A stretch of DNA of 64,000 nt from Chitinophaga pinensis (GCA_945885475.1 CAMCYR010000002.1:37633-101632); one strand, 5' to 3'; shown: positions 9,810 to 20,179, counted from the first letter of the stretch. A program made the numbers and translations. Notes: a model not told the origin generated them from the letters alone.

Positions 9810-12800
9810 ATGAAAAAAACAGTTCTTTTTTCTTTATGCGTTGTGTTTACATTTTTCGTAAATAAAACATCTTCACAAACATGGGTAGAGCAAATGCAAG
9901 ATCCGAATGTCAATTTTTATGATGTGCAGAAAGCATTTAATGATTACTATAAAAACTACGAACCCAAATTTAGAGAAACAGAAAAGCTAAAAAAAGCTTC
10001 TGCAATAGCAACTTCGACTATAACCCCTTTTATCCCGGTAAAAGGTGCAGCTACAACTTCTTCAATAGCCGCTGCTAGCGTTCCAGAAAAAGTAAAAATG
10101 GCTGGTGGCTGGAAGGCTTATAAACGCTGGGAAAATTATATGGAGCAGCGTTTATACCCATCCGGAGATCGTTCTGTTATGGTGAACGCATGGAACGAAT
10201 ATTTAGATAATTTTTATGCTGGTTCCGCTTCGGGAATGAGAGCTTCTGGTCCGGGAGCTCCTGCAACAATGGCCGCTAATTGGTCCCTTGTAGGACCAAC
10301 AACAACTATCCCAACCGGCGGAGGTGGTGCAGGAAGGGTGAATTTTGTGAGATTTGATCCCGCTGCTTCTACAACAATTTATGTTGGTTCTCCTGGTGGC
10401 GGACTTTGGAAAAGCACCAATAGCGGCAGTACCTGGTCTACCGGAACCGACAACTTAGCGGTAATCGGATGTACCGATCTAGCGATTCATCCTACAAATT
10501 CATTAATTCAATATCTTGCAACGGGCGATGGAGAAGCTCAGGATACCTATTCAATCGGTGTATTAAAAACGACAAACGGTGGAACATCGTGGAGCCCCTC
10601 CGGATTAACCTGGTTGGTAACCCAAGGCAGAACAATCAGTCGCTTATTAATTAATCCGCAAAATCCGAATACTCTTTTTGCTGCAACCAGCAATGGTGTT
10701 TATAGAACCCGTAATGCTGGAGCTGCATGGACTCAGATTGCTACTGCGATTGCGAATGTAAAAGATATCGAATTTAAGCCTGGCGATACGACAACCGTAT
10801 ACGCTTGTTCTACAACCTTATTTTATAGATCTACAAATGCAGGAACAACTTTCGCAACAACGTCTACGGGTTTGCCTGCTGCTGCTTCCGTTTCGCGATT
10901 AGCAATTGGTGTTTCGGCTGCAAACGCTACTTATGTTTATGTGTTAGCTGCTAATGCAGCCTTCGGATATCAAGGAATATACCGCTCTGCGAATAGTGGA
11001 GCAACATTTACAGCGCGGTCTACAAGCCCTAATTTATTGGGTTACAATAGTACCGGTTCCGATGCTGGTGGACAGGGTTGGTACGATCTTTCAATTGCAG
11101 TTTCTCCTTTAAATGCTGAGCAAGTAATTGTTGGTGGTGTTAATATATGGCGATCAATTAATGGCGGAACGAGCTGGACAATCAATGCGCACTGGACAGG
11201 TACTGGAGCGCCATACGTGCATGCAGACATTCACGCCTTAGAATTTTTACCGGGAAGTGGTACGACCTATTTTTCTGGTAATGATGGCGGATTATTCAGA
11301 ACAACAACCAGCGGAACATCTTGGAGCGACCTGAGTAACGGCTTGCAAATTTCTCAGATATACCGAATCGGTCTTTCTACTACGAATCAAAATCTTTTAT
11401 TGTCAGGTTGGCAAGATAACGGAACAAACAGGTGGAGCGGAACAGCAACGTGGAGCCGACCTTTGGGTGGTGACGGAATGGAGTGTATTGTCGATTGGTC
11501 GAATGCAAATGTTCAATACGGAGAACTCTATTATGGTGATATCAACAAGACCACAACCGGTGGAAATTTAACAACGAATATCGTTGCTTCCGGTGGTACA
11601 GGTGTAAATGCAGATGGTGATTGGGTTACTCCTTTCATTGAAGCGCCTAGTAACGCTGCTACATTGTTTGTTGGGAAAGCTCAGGTATATAAAAGTACAA
11701 ACAGTGGGGGAACTTGGGCGCAAGTCGGTACAATTTCAGGGGGTACCGGAAGTGTAATTGCACTGGCAAATGCCGCTTCAAATATTAATTATATCTATGC
11801 TGCTAAAAGAGATAAGTTTTACGCGTGTACAACTGGTGCTGCTTTTACAGATAGAACAGCTGGTTTGCCGACGGCTTCCGCTGCCATCTCCTACATTGCT
11901 GTTGATCCTTTAAATGCAAACAGAGTTTGGGTTACTTTTTCCGGATACTCTGCTGCAAATAAAGTATGGTACTCTGCGAATGCGGGTGTAACCTGGAGCA
12001 ACTATTCAACAGGATTGCCCAACTTACCTGCGAACTGTATCGTTTACCAAGGAAGTTCAACAAATGATCCGCTTTATGTTGGAACAGATGTTGGCGTTTA
12101 TTACCGCGATAATACTGCAGGTTCATGGGTTGCTTATAATACCGGATTGCCAAATGTTTCTGTCCGTGAATTAGAAATTCAATACACTGCTCTTAAATTA
12201 CGAGCAGCAACTTTTGGTCGTGCTGTTTGGCAATCCGATTTAGCATCTCCTGGCACTTCCCCTCCTGTAGCTGATTTTTCAGCAAACAGAACAACTATTT
12301 GTGTTGGTGATTGCATTAACTTTACAGATCTTTCCAGTGGTTCTGCTACTTCCTGGGCTTGGACGTTTACAGGTGCATCTACTACTTCTTCAACCTTACA
12401 AAATCCTACAGGAATTTGTTACAATACCCCCGGTACCTATCAGGTTTCTATGATCGCAACCAATACAAACGGTAACAATACGATGACAAAAACAGCCTAT
12501 ATAACTGTTTCTTCTCCAATTGCTTTGCCTTTGGTTGAAGGGTTTCAAGGTGCAGCATTTGTTCCTTCGGGTTGGTATTTGAGTAACCCGGATTTAGATA
12601 TGACCTGGGCACAATCAACAACGGTTGGTGGTTTCTCAACAAGTACAAATAGTGCTGCAATGGATAACTTAACTCCTGCAACCTCTATTGCAGGTTCTGT
12701 TGACGAGTTGTGGACTCCCAAATATAATTTTACAGGTGTTTCTTCTGCTACCATGACATTCGATGTTGCTTATTGTAGGTACAATGCAACCTACTTCGAT

Positions 12801-15800
12801 TCACTGATTGTTTTTGTTTCTACGAATTGTGGTTCAACGTGGTCGAGGGTTTATTCTAAAGGAGGAACAGGATTAGCGACTGCAGCAGATAATGCAACTA
12901 CCGTTTTTGTTCCTACCGCAGCGCAATGGAGAACAGAAACAGTGAGCATGACTCCTTATGCCGGACAAGCAAATGTGATGGTGAAATTCCAAAATAAATC
13001 TGGATGGGGACAAATTCTTTATTTAGATAATATCAATATCACCGGTATAGGCGCCCCGGTTGCCGGTGTTACAATTGCATCAAATGATGCTGATAATGTG
13101 ATTTGTGCAGGAACATCTGTTACCTTCACGGCAACTCCTACAAACGGAGGAACAACTCCTACGTATCAATGGCAGGTTAATGGTGTGAATGTTGGTGGGG
13201 CAACCGCTTCAACTTTTACGACATCAACTATAACTACAGGTCAAATTGTAACATGTAACATGACTTCAAGTCTGGCGGGTGTTGTGGGAAGTCCGGCTCC
13301 TTCCGGCCCGATAACAATGACTGTTAATCCATTGCCAGCTACCCCAACACCAGGTAGTAATTCCCCGGTTTGTGTTGGTTCAACAATTAATTTAACGTCG
13401 TTTACTGTTGCTGGTGCAACCTACAGCTGGACTGGTCCTGGAGCTTTTTCTTCTTCATTGGAGGATCCAACCCGTCCTGGCGCTTCATTATCAATGGCAG
13501 GAACATACAGTTTAACTGTAACTGTCGGTGGATGTGCCAGCTTGGTGGGAACCACTGTCTTAGTTGTAAACGCATTGCCAACAACACCTACTGCTGGAAG
13601 CAATTCTCCTGTTTGTGTAGGAAGTATAATCAACTTAACCTCAAATACTGTTGCCGGTGCAACCTACAGTTGGATCGGACCAGGTGCATTTTCTTCCGCG
13701 CTAGAAGATCCAAGCCGTCCATCTGCTTCAACAGCAATGGCTGGAACATATAGTTTAACAGTAACCGTTGCTGGCTGTTCAAGTGCTGTTGCAACAACAG
13801 TGGTTGCAGTAAATACAGCACCAGCAACACCAACAGTAGGAAGCAGCACTCCAGATTGTGTTGGACAAACTATGAGTTTAACATCAAATACAATAGCAGG
13901 TGCAACGTATAGTTGGACAGGACCAGCAGCATTTAATTCTGCATTAGAAGATCCAACTCGTCCTTCAGCAACTCTTGCAATGGCAGGAACCTACAGCTTA
14001 ACAGTTACAGTAGCTGGTTGTACAAGTGCTATGGCAACAACAACGGTTGTTGTGAATGCATTGCCAGCAACTCCAGTTCCAAGTATAAACGCAAGTACAA
14101 CTCCTGCTGCAATTTGTGCAGGTGGTACAATTACTTTAACTACTCCTAATTTGGGTGCTGGTTTCACTTATAGCTGGACTGGCCCCAATAGTTATGCTGC
14201 CGCTGTAAGAAATCCTCCAGCTTTAACAAGTGTTACAACAGTAATGGGTGGAACGTATTCATTGACGGTTACCAATGGTGGTTGTTCAAGTTTAGCGGGA
14301 ACGGTTACTATTGTAGTGAATCCGACTCCTGCAGCACCAACTGCCGGAAGTAACTCTCCTGTATGTACAGGCTCTTCAATTTTATTGACTTCAAATACCG
14401 TTGCGGGTGCTACTTACGCTTGGACCGGTCCAAGTACTTTCACCTCAGCATTAGAAGACCCTTCTCGTCCTACTTCAACATTAGCAATGGCTGGAACATA
14501 CAGCGTAACCGTTACTGTGGCAGGATGTACAAGTCCTGCAGGAACAGTAGTTGTTGCAGTTAGTGGTAGTGTTGTTCCTACAAATGCAATTACAGCAAGT
14601 CCAAGTGGTGCTATTTGTGCTGGAACTTCCGTTACGCTCACGGCAAGTGCTGGTGGAGGTGGAACAACTCCAACATATCAATGGCAAGTAAATGGAAGTA
14701 ATGTTGGAACAGGCGGAACAACATACACTTCAAGTGCGTTAACAAGCGGACAAATTGTAACATGTATATTAACGTCAAGCTCTTCTTGTGCTGTTCCAAC
14801 TACAGCAACGTCCAATACAATTACAATGCTTGTAAATCCAGTTGTAGTGCCTTCGGTAAGTGTTGCGGCTAGTCCATCAGGAGCAATTTGTAATGGAACA
14901 TCAGTGGCGTTTACTGCAACCCCAACAAATGGCGGAACAACTCCAACATACCAATGGCAAGTAAATGGAAGCAACGTAGGAACAGGTGGAACAGCATATT
15001 CAAGTTCAGCCCTTGCAAGTGGAGATGTTGTAACTTGTACAATGACATCCAATGCAACATGTCCATCTACAGCTACCGCAACATCAAGCGGAATAACAAT
15101 AACAGTGAATCCAACGATAACTCCAGCGGTAAGTGTTGTTGCAAGTCCTGCTGGTGCAATTTGTTCAGGAACATCTGTATTGTTTACAGCAACCCCAACA
15201 AATGGTGGAACAACTCCAACGTATCAATGGCAATTGAATGGAAGTAACGTAGGAACAGGTGGAACAACGTATACAAGTGCCTCACTTGTAAATGCTGATA
15301 TTGTAACTTGTACTGTCACATCCAATGCAATATGTGCTAGTTCGCTTACAGGAACAAGTACAGGCATTACAATGGTTGTAAATCCAACCCCTGCAACGCC
15401 AACCATTTCTGTGTTAGGATCAATATTAACATCTAGTTCTCCAACAGGAAATCAATGGTATTTAAATGGAATATCTATAGCAGGTGCGACTAACCAAAAC
15501 TATACGTTTACAGCAAATGGAACGTATACCGTTATTGTAACAGTAGTTCCTTGTTCATCGGCCGAATCAGCTCCTGAAGTGATTACTACTACTGGAATAG
15601 AAGATGCAAGCAATCAATATGGATTAAACATTTATCCAAATCCAAACGATGGAAACTTCAACATCTTATTCAATGCAAATGTTGTTGCAGATTACACCAT
15701 TGAATTGACAAATGCTTTAGGTCAATTGATTCACAAAGAAGAGTTGAAAAACTATTCTGGTGCGTATAGAAAACCATTTAGTGTTGTTGATTACGGAAAA

Positions 15801-15866
15801 GGTGTATACACAATTACTTTAACCAACGATAAAAATGAAGTAGTTAAAAAGATTATCGTATACTAG
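9810..15866 (+). CDS. Giant (2018 aa) secreted T9SS cargo or adhesin. The order of parts is BNR/Asp-box (sortilin/Ycf48-like) beta-propeller repeats, then a PKD domain, then tandem Ig-like repeat arrays, then a T9SS type-A CTD.
   Basis: A signal peptide is present. SxDxGxTW-like motifs recur many times in the first ~750 aa. A PKD-like segment lies around aa 810-900. Two families of ~80-85 aa repeats follow. The C-terminus NIYPNPNDGNFNILF...YTITLTND...KIIVY is a Por sorting domain. Confidence 0.9.
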   Translation: MKKTVLFSLCVVFTFFVNKTSSQTWVEQMQDPNVNFYDVQKAFNDYYKNYEPKFRETEKLKKASAIATSTITPFIPVKGAATTSSIAAASVPEKVKMAGGWKAYKRWENYMEQRLYPSGDRSVMVNAWNEYLDNFYAGSASGMRASGPGAPATMAANWSLVGPTTTIPTGGGGAGRVNFVRFDPAASTTIYVGSPGGGLWKSTNSGSTWSTGTDNLAVIGCTDLAIHPTNSLIQYLATGDGEAQDTYSIGVLKTTNGGTSWSPSGLTWLVTQGRTISRLLINPQNPNTLFAATSNGVYRTRNAGAAWTQIATAIANVKDIEFKPGDTTTVYACSTTLFYRSTNAGTTFATTSTGLPAAASVSRLAIGVSAANATYVYVLAANAAFGYQGIYRSANSGATFTARSTSPNLLGYNSTGSDAGGQGWYDLSIAVSPLNAEQVIVGGVNIWRSINGGTSWTINAHWTGTGAPYVHADIHALEFLPGSGTTYFSGNDGGLFRTTTSGTSWSDLSNGLQISQIYRIGLSTTNQNLLLSGWQDNGTNRWSGTATWSRPLGGDGMECIVDWSNANVQYGELYYGDINKTTTGGNLTTNIVASGGTGVNADGDWVTPFIEAPSNAATLFVGKAQVYKSTNSGGTWAQVGTISGGTGSVIALANAASNINYIYAAKRDKFYACTTGAAFTDRTAGLPTASAAISYIAVDPLNANRVWVTFSGYSAANKVWYSANAGVTWSNYSTGLPNLPANCIVYQGSSTNDPLYVGTDVGVYYRDNTAGSWVAYNTGLPNVSVRELEIQYTALKLRAATFGRAVWQSDLASPGTSPPVADFSANRTTICVGDCINFTDLSSGSATSWAWTFTGASTTSSTLQNPTGICYNTPGTYQVSMIATNTNGNNTMTKTAYITVSSPIALPLVEGFQGAAFVPSGWYLSNPDLDMTWAQSTTVGGFSTSTNSAAMDNLTPATSIAGSVDELWTPKYNFTGVSSATMTFDVAYCRYNATYFDSLIVFVSTNCGSTWSRVYSKGGTGLATAADNATTVFVPTAAQWRTETVSMTPYAGQANVMVKFQNKSGWGQILYLDNINITGIGAPVAGVTIASNDADNVICAGTSVTFTATPTNGGTTPTYQWQVNGVNVGGATASTFTTSTITTGQIVTCNMTSSLAGVVGSPAPSGPITMTVNPLPATPTPGSNSPVCVGSTINLTSFTVAGATYSWTGPGAFSSSLEDPTRPGASLSMAGTYSLTVTVGGCASLVGTTVLVVNALPTTPTAGSNSPVCVGSIINLTSNTVAGATYSWIGPGAFSSALEDPSRPSASTAMAGTYSLTVTVAGCSSAVATTVVAVNTAPATPTVGSSTPDCVGQTMSLTSNTIAGATYSWTGPAAFNSALEDPTRPSATLAMAGTYSLTVTVAGCTSAMATTTVVVNALPATPVPSINASTTPAAICAGGTITLTTPNLGAGFTYSWTGPNSYAAAVRNPPALTSVTTVMGGTYSLTVTNGGCSSLAGTVTIVVNPTPAAPTAGSNSPVCTGSSILLTSNTVAGATYAWTGPSTFTSALEDPSRPTSTLAMAGTYSVTVTVAGCTSPAGTVVVAVSGSVVPTNAITASPSGAICAGTSVTLTASAGGGGTTPTYQWQVNGSNVGTGGTTYTSSALTSGQIVTCILTSSSSCAVPTTATSNTITMLVNPVVVPSVSVAASPSGAICNGTSVAFTATPTNGGTTPTYQWQVNGSNVGTGGTAYSSSALASGDVVTCTMTSNATCPSTATATSSGITITVNPTITPAVSVVASPAGAICSGTSVLFTATPTNGGTTPTYQWQLNGSNVGTGGTTYTSASLVNADIVTCTVTSNAICASSLTGTSTGITMVVNPTPATPTISVLGSILTSSSPTGNQWYLNGISIAGATNQNYTFTANGTYTVIVTVVPCSSAESAPEVITTTGIEDASNQYGLNIYPNPNDGNFNILFNANVVADYTIELTNALGQLIHKEELKNYSGAYRKPFSVVDYGKGVYTITLTNDKNEVVKKIIVY
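13050..15400 (+). repeat. In-frame tandem DNA repeats inside the giant CDS. There are two unit families of ~240-250 nt, each present 4-6 times.
   Basis: Family 1 reads P(L/A)P(A/T)TPT.GSNSPVCVGS.INLTS.TVAGATYSW.GPGAFSS.LEDP.RP.A...MAGTYSLTVTV.GC. Family 2 reads ASPSGAIC.GTSV.FTATPTNGGTTPTYQWQVNGSNVGTGGT.Y. Nucleotide identity between units is high enough to create spurious antisense ORFs. Confidence 0.85.
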
Positions 15867-15886
15867 AAATCAAATAGTTTGAAAAT

Positions 15887-15930
15887 AAAAATGTCCTGGT
15901 TCTTCATTGAGTCGGGACATTTTTATTTTT
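15887..15930 (+). terminator. Rho-independent terminator downstream of the giant CDS
   Basis: ATGTCC...GGGACAT hairpin followed by TTTTTATTTTT. Confidence 0.7.
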
Positions 15931-16087
15931 AATTCAATCGGATTCAAAGGGCCTAAAATGGATTTGGTCTAAATAAGTAAATAAGTACATTTCCTTACCT
16001 ATAAAACAGTAAATTTGTCTGCAAAATTTGGGTTATTTCAAAAGAAATACCTAAAATTGAGGTCGAAAAGAAATTAAACTTGTTTAT

Positions 16088-16465
16088 ATGTTATTAGCCG
16101 TTCAAAGCACTCCCCTTGATTTTCTTCCTATCGCCTTGATGTTTGTTGTAGCCCTTGGTTTTGTTGTGATTATGCTCTTTTTAACACATCAACTCGGACC
16201 AAAGAAGAAATCAAAAGTAAAATTGGAAACTTTTGAGTGTGGTATCGAAGTTCAAGGAAACGCTCGTTTGCCTTTTTCAATTAAGTACTTTCTTGTCGCA
16301 ATTTTATTTGTTTTGTTTGATGTTGAGGTGATTTTCATGTATCCATGGGCAGTAAATTTTAAACAATTAGGATTAATCGGATTTGTTGAAATGCTCACAT
16401 TTGTTGGCTTTTTATTGGTAGGCTTTTATTATATCCTTAAAAAAGGCGCATTGAAGTGGGAATAG
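16088..16465 (+). CDS. nuoA: NADH-quinone oxidoreductase subunit A
   Basis: A small protein with three transmembrane segments, carrying the conserved ...FECG...FLVAILFVLFDVEV.FMYPWAV motif. Confidence 0.95.
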   Translation: MLLAVQSTPLDFLPIALMFVVALGFVVIMLFLTHQLGPKKKSKVKLETFECGIEVQGNARLPFSIKYFLVAILFVLFDVEVIFMYPWAVNFKQLGLIGFVEMLTFVGFLLVGFYYILKKGALKWE

Positions 16466-16477
16466 ATTACAGATAAA

Positions 16478-16528
16478 GCACTTCGACTTTAGTTTATGGT
16501 GAGCGGAGTCGGATCCACTCCGTGTGAC
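16478..16528. repeat. Degenerate copy of the CGAGCGGAGTCGAG (REP-like) family
   Basis: cacttcgac...GAGCGGAGTCGgatcCACTCCGtgtgac, an internal palindrome in the nuoA-nuoB gap. Confidence 0.45.
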
Positions 16529-16578
16529 AAAGAGAGTAGAGAGTTCGTGTATTAATAAAATTATTGTTAGAACAAATT

Positions 16579-16608
16579 CCCCCTTTGAAAAAGGGGGTTA
16601 GGGGGATT
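16579..16608 (+). repeat. GGGG-hairpin intergenic repeat (nuoA-nuoB gap)
   Basis: CCCCCTTTgaaAAAGGGGG tta GGGGGATT. Confidence 0.5.
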
Positions 16609-16638
16609 AAAAACAATGCCCATTTAAAAAAGAAATAA

Positions 16639-17199
16639 ATGAGTACAATAGAAAAATCAAAAGTAGATCTGAAAGCAGATGCTCCTCCGGGAATTGAAGG
16701 ACCTGGATTTTTTGCAACTCGTATTGATAAAGTTGTCGGAATGGCGCGTGCTAATTCTCTGTGGCCACTGCCTTTCGCTACCTCTTGTTGTGGAATCGAA
16801 TTTATGGCAACCATGGCTTCTACCTACGACTTGGGTCGTTTTGGCTCGGAGCGTTTAAGTTTCTCGCCCCGTCAGGCAGATTTACTGATGGTGATGGGTA
16901 CCATCTCCAAAAAAATGGCTCCTGTTTTACGTCAGGTTTACGAACAAATGGCCGAACCTAAATGGGTTTTGTCAATGGGCGCTTGTGCTTCCAGCGGTGG
17001 AATTTTTGATACATACAGTGTTTTGCAAGGAATCGACAGAATTATTCCTGTTGATGTATATATTCCCGGTTGTCCTCCCCGTCCCGAACAAGTTTTGGAC
17101 GGCATCCTTCAGATTCAGAAACTCGTGGAATCAGAATCAACTAGACGTAGAGATAGTCCTGAATACAAAGCGTTGTTGAATAAATATGGAATTGAGTAG
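16639..17199 (+). CDS. nuoB: NADH-quinone oxidoreductase subunit B
   Basis: [18 protein letters not shown]...GCPPRPE (the N2 cluster ligands). Confidence 0.95.
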   Translation: MSTIEKSKVDLKADAPPGIEGPGFFATRIDKVVGMARANSLWPLPFATSCCGIEFMATMASTYDLGRFGSERLSFSPRQADLLMVMGTISKKMAPVLRQVYEQMAEPKWVLSMGACASSGGIFDTYSVLQGIDRIIPVDVYIPGCPPRPEQVLDGILQIQKLVESESTRRRDSPEYKALLNKYGIE

Positions 17200-17283
17200 A
17201 AAATTCAAAAGAAAAAAGAGAAAAAATTCAAAAGCAGAAATTGAGATCAGAAAAGGAATCATATAATTAAAACAAAATCTTCC

Positions 17284-17322
17284 GCCCTCACCTTGAACAA
17301 GGAGAGGGGCCAGGGGTGAGGT
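17284..17322 (+). repeat. GGGG-hairpin intergenic repeat (nuoB-nuoC gap)
   Basis: CCCTCACCttgaacaaGGAGAGGGG cca GGGGTGAGG. It is related to the copy at 20231. Confidence 0.5.
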
Positions 17323-17834
17323 CTATGGAAAAAGAAGCATTATTAATAGCAGTTGAAAGTAAACTGAAGGCTCAATTCGGAGAGGGTTTCATCTCTTCGA
17401 AATTGAATGTTGACTTTCCTGAATTTACTGTAAAAAGAGATCTTATCTGTGAGGTTGTAAAGTTTCTTTACGACGATGAAGAGCTGGCTTTTCAGTACTT
17501 AACAACTATGGCAGCCATTCATTATCCCGAAAATCAGGGTCACGAGTTTGCTGTAATGTACCAATTACACAACCTTCCAAAGAACTTCCGCATCCGCTTG
17601 AAAATTGAGTTCAGCAACAGCGATGTGAATGTTCCTTCTATAACTTCTGTGTTTTCCGCTGCAAATTGGATGGAACGTCAGGAGTTCGATTTCTTTGGAA
17701 TCATCTTCAGAGGACATCCGAATTTAAAACGTATTTTAAATATGGATGAGATGAACTATCACCCGATGAGAAAAGAATATGCTCTCGAAGACGGTACACG
17801 TGAAGATAAAGATGATAAAATGTTCGGACGATAA
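17316..17834 (+). CDS. nuoC: NADH-quinone oxidoreductase subunit C (the 30-kDa subunit, separate from NuoD)
   Basis: The Complex1_30kDa motifs are present (…WMERQEFDFFGI…). The position within the operon also fits. Confidence 0.9.
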   Translation: MRSMEKEALLIAVESKLKAQFGEGFISSKLNVDFPEFTVKRDLICEVVKFLYDDEELAFQYLTTMAAIHYPENQGHEFAVMYQLHNLPKNFRIRLKIEFSNSDVNVPSITSVFSAANWMERQEFDFFGIIFRGHPNLKRILNMDEMNYHPMRKEYALEDGTREDKDDKMFGR

Positions 17835-17856
17835 AAGAAGAAAGTTAAATGAGAAG

Positions 17857-18290
17857 AAAGTCAAAAGTCAAAAGAGCTTTTGATGGCTGAAGGGATTTAT
17901 GGAATACGAAAAGGATATTCGGGTTAGGACAAAGAAGTTTGCGGTTAGAATAATTAAGTTAGTACTTGAATTAAAAGTTCAGGGCGTTGAATATTCGTTA
18001 AGAGATCAAATATTGCGTAGCGGCACATCTGTGGGAGCAAATGTTAGAGAAGGGAAAGCGAGTAGTTCAAAAAAGGAGTTGATAAGGTATTATGAAATTG
18101 CTTTACGTTCAGCAAATGAAACAGATTTTTGGATGGAAACAATAGAAGAGGGATATGATTTAGATAGTAGTTTAATGAAAAACGATAAAAGTGAATTATT
18201 AGAAATTTCAAAAGTACTTGGAACAATAATTATTAACTTGAAGAAATAAGGTAAAGCCTTTTTGACTTTTGACTTAAAAATTTTTGACTT
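17857..18290. mobile_element. ~430-bp cassette bounded by 17-18 bp terminal inverted repeats, carrying a four-helix-bundle gene and inserted between nuoC and nuoD
   Basis: The left arm AAGTCAAAAGTCAAAAG (17859-17875) is the reverse complement of the right arm CTTTTTGACTTTTGACTT (18258-18275). An extra TTTTTGACTT lies at 18281-18290. Confidence 0.5.
17899..18249 (+). CDS. Four-helix-bundle protein of the 23S rRNA intervening-sequence (IVS) family, TIGR02436-like
   Basis: The protein is 116 aa. ...[21 protein letters not shown]...[28 protein letters not shown] matches the family pattern. Confidence 0.75.
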   Translation: MEYEKDIRVRTKKFAVRIIKLVLELKVQGVEYSLRDQILRSGTSVGANVREGKASSSKKELIRYYEIALRSANETDFWMETIEEGYDLDSSLMKNDKSELLEISKVLGTIIINLKK

Positions 18291-18300
18291 ACAGAAGCTA

Positions 18301-19518
18301 ATGAGTAAAGAAAAAAATATAAACACAAATAAAGAGGTTGTCGAGAAAGAATATTCTACGCTGAACCTTGGTCCTACACATCCCGCAACACACGGTATTT
18401 TCCAGAATGTGTTGAAGATGGATGGTGAAATAATAATGGATTCAGAGTCTACGGTTGGATACATCCACCGCGCTTTTGAGAAATTAGCAGAAAGAAGACC
18501 GTATTACCAGATCACTCCGATCACCGATCGTTTGAATTATTGCTCTTCACCAATCAATAACATGGGTTGGCATATGACAGTTGAAAAATTGTTGGCAATA
18601 GAAATTCCTAAGCGTGTTCAATACCTTCGGGTAATCATTATGGAGTTGGCGCGTATTTCTGATCACGTTATTTGTAACAGTGTTATTGGAGTGGATACAG
18701 GTGCAATGACTGGTTTTTTGTATATTTTCCAGATGCGTGAGCGCATTTATGATATATATGAAGAATTGTGTGGTGCGCGTTTGACAACTAATATTGGTCG
18801 TATTGGCGGACTTGAAAGAGACTTTTCTCCAAAAGCATGGGACCTGCTGGAGAAATTTTTAATTGACTTTCCACCAGCATTAAAAGAGTTTGAAAGCTTA
18901 TTGATGCGGAATAGAATTTTTATGGATCGCACCATTGCTTGTGGTGGCATCAGTGCCGAAAGAGCATTGAATTATAGTTTCTCAGGACCAAACTTACGTG
19001 CTGCAGGAGTTGATTATGATGTGCGTGTAATGAATCCATATTGCTCTTACGAAGAATTCGAGTTTATTATTCCTGTTGGAACAAATGGTGATACCTATGA
19101 TCGTTTCATGGTGCGCCAGCAAGAAATGTGGGAGAGTGTGAAGATCATTCATCAGGCAATTGCAAAAATTAAGAAAGAACCTGCAGGTATATTCCATGCG
19201 GATGTTCCTGAATTTTACCTTCCTCCGAAAGAAGAAGTTTATAACAACATGGAAGCATTGATCTATCACTTTAAAATTGTGATGGGTGAAACGGAAATTC
19301 CGAAAGGGGAAGTGTATCACGCTGTTGAGGGAGGTAACGGTGAAGTAGGTTATTATCTGATCAGTGATGGAGGAAGAACACCCTACCGTTTGCATATGCG
19401 CAGACCGTGTTTTATTTATTACCAGGCTTACGCGGAAATGATTAGAGGTGGAATGCTATCTGATGCAATTTTAACTATGAGTAGCATGAATGTGATTGCT
19501 GGAGAATTGGACGCATAA
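18301..19518 (+). CDS. nuoD: NADH-quinone oxidoreductase subunit D (the 49-kDa subunit)
   Basis: Carries the conserved NuoD (49-kDa subunit) sequence motifs. The ORF track starts at 18262, but that ATG lies inside the inverted-repeat arm. The more likely start is MSKEK at 18301. Confidence 0.9.
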   Translation: MSKEKNINTNKEVVEKEYSTLNLGPTHPATHGIFQNVLKMDGEIIMDSESTVGYIHRAFEKLAERRPYYQITPITDRLNYCSSPINNMGWHMTVEKLLAIEIPKRVQYLRVIIMELARISDHVICNSVIGVDTGAMTGFLYIFQMRERIYDIYEELCGARLTTNIGRIGGLERDFSPKAWDLLEKFLIDFPPALKEFESLLMRNRIFMDRTIACGGISAERALNYSFSGPNLRAAGVDYDVRVMNPYCSYEEFEFIIPVGTNGDTYDRFMVRQQEMWESVKIIHQAIAKIKKEPAGIFHADVPEFYLPPKEEVYNNMEALIYHFKIVMGETEIPKGEVYHAVEGGNGEVGYYLISDGGRTPYRLHMRRPCFIYYQAYAEMIRGGMLSDAILTMSSMNVIAGELDA

Positions 19519-19639
19519 TGAATAAAAATAAATTTATTATTTTATTTGCTAGTGCATCTTGTTTTTCAAAAATAGGAAGCTTCGATTTGCCCAACCTAAA
19601 ATCGATCTCCAGGATTAATTTCTTGAAACAGAATATAAC

Positions 19640-20179
19640 ATGAGTAACGAAATAAAATTTAACGAGGAAACGCTCGCACTGGTCCATAAGATGATCAAGC
19701 GTTATCCGGAAGGAAAACATAAATCGGCTTTACTGCCGATCCTGCACATCGCTCAGGCAGAATTTGGCGGCTGGTTAAGTCCGGAAACGATGGACTACGT
19801 GGCATCCATTTTAAACATCAAACCGATTGAGGTATATGAGGTCGCATCGTTTTATTCGATGTATAACTTAAAGCCTGTTGGAAAATGTTTGCTTGAAGTA
19901 TGCCGTACTTCTTCTTGCTGGACAAGGGGTGCAGAAGATGTTGTAAGGCATTTAGAAAAGAAATTAGGCATCAAAGAAGGTGAAACAACTGCCGATGGAA
20001 TGTTTACTATCAAAACAGTAGAATGTTTGGGTAGCTGCGGAAGCGCTCCAATGCTTCAATGTGGTGCATCTTACCATGAAAATCTTACTATGGAAAAAGT
20101 AGATAACCTTTTGGAAGAATACCGCGCAATAGGAAAACAAAGAAGTTATACGGACATGGACTACAAGAATACGTTGTAG
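19640..20179 (+). CDS. nuoE: NADH-quinone oxidoreductase subunit E (24 kDa, 2Fe-2S)
   Basis: The cysteine motif is C...C....C..C (…CRTSSCWTRG…CLGSCGSAPM…). Confidence 0.95.
   Translation: MSNEIKFNEETLALVHKMIKRYPEGKHKSALLPILHIAQAEFGGWLSPETMDYVASILNIKPIEVYEVASFYSMYNLKPVGKCLLEVCRTSSCWTRGAEDVVRHLEKKLGIKEGETTADGMFTIKTVECLGSCGSAPMLQCGASYHENLTMEKVDNLLEEYRAIGKQRSYTDMDYKNTL

Noticed and set aside
13050-15400. Possible CRISPR array, because of regularly spaced repeats
   Set aside because: The repeats are ~240 nt, lie in frame inside a CDS and encode Ig-like protein units. There is no short 28-37 nt repeat-spacer periodicity.
13402-15406. Numerous 60-125-aa ORFs on the minus strand and on alternate plus frames inside the giant adhesin gene, for example 13421-13633, 13664-13849, 14414-14641, 14678-15052 and 15224-15406
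   Set aside because: They are mirror products of the in-frame tandem repeats and have repetitive, low-complexity translations. The sense frame has coherent domain architecture.
16494-16814. 106-aa minus-strand ORF overlapping the nuoA-nuoB gap and the nuoB start
   Set aside because: It is antisense to the well-supported nuoB and spans REP/hairpin repeats. It has no coding features.
18262-18300. Longer nuoD start ([13 protein letters not shown]…)
   Set aside because: These codons are the inverted-repeat arm of the inserted cassette. The conserved NuoD N-terminus begins at MSKEK (18301).
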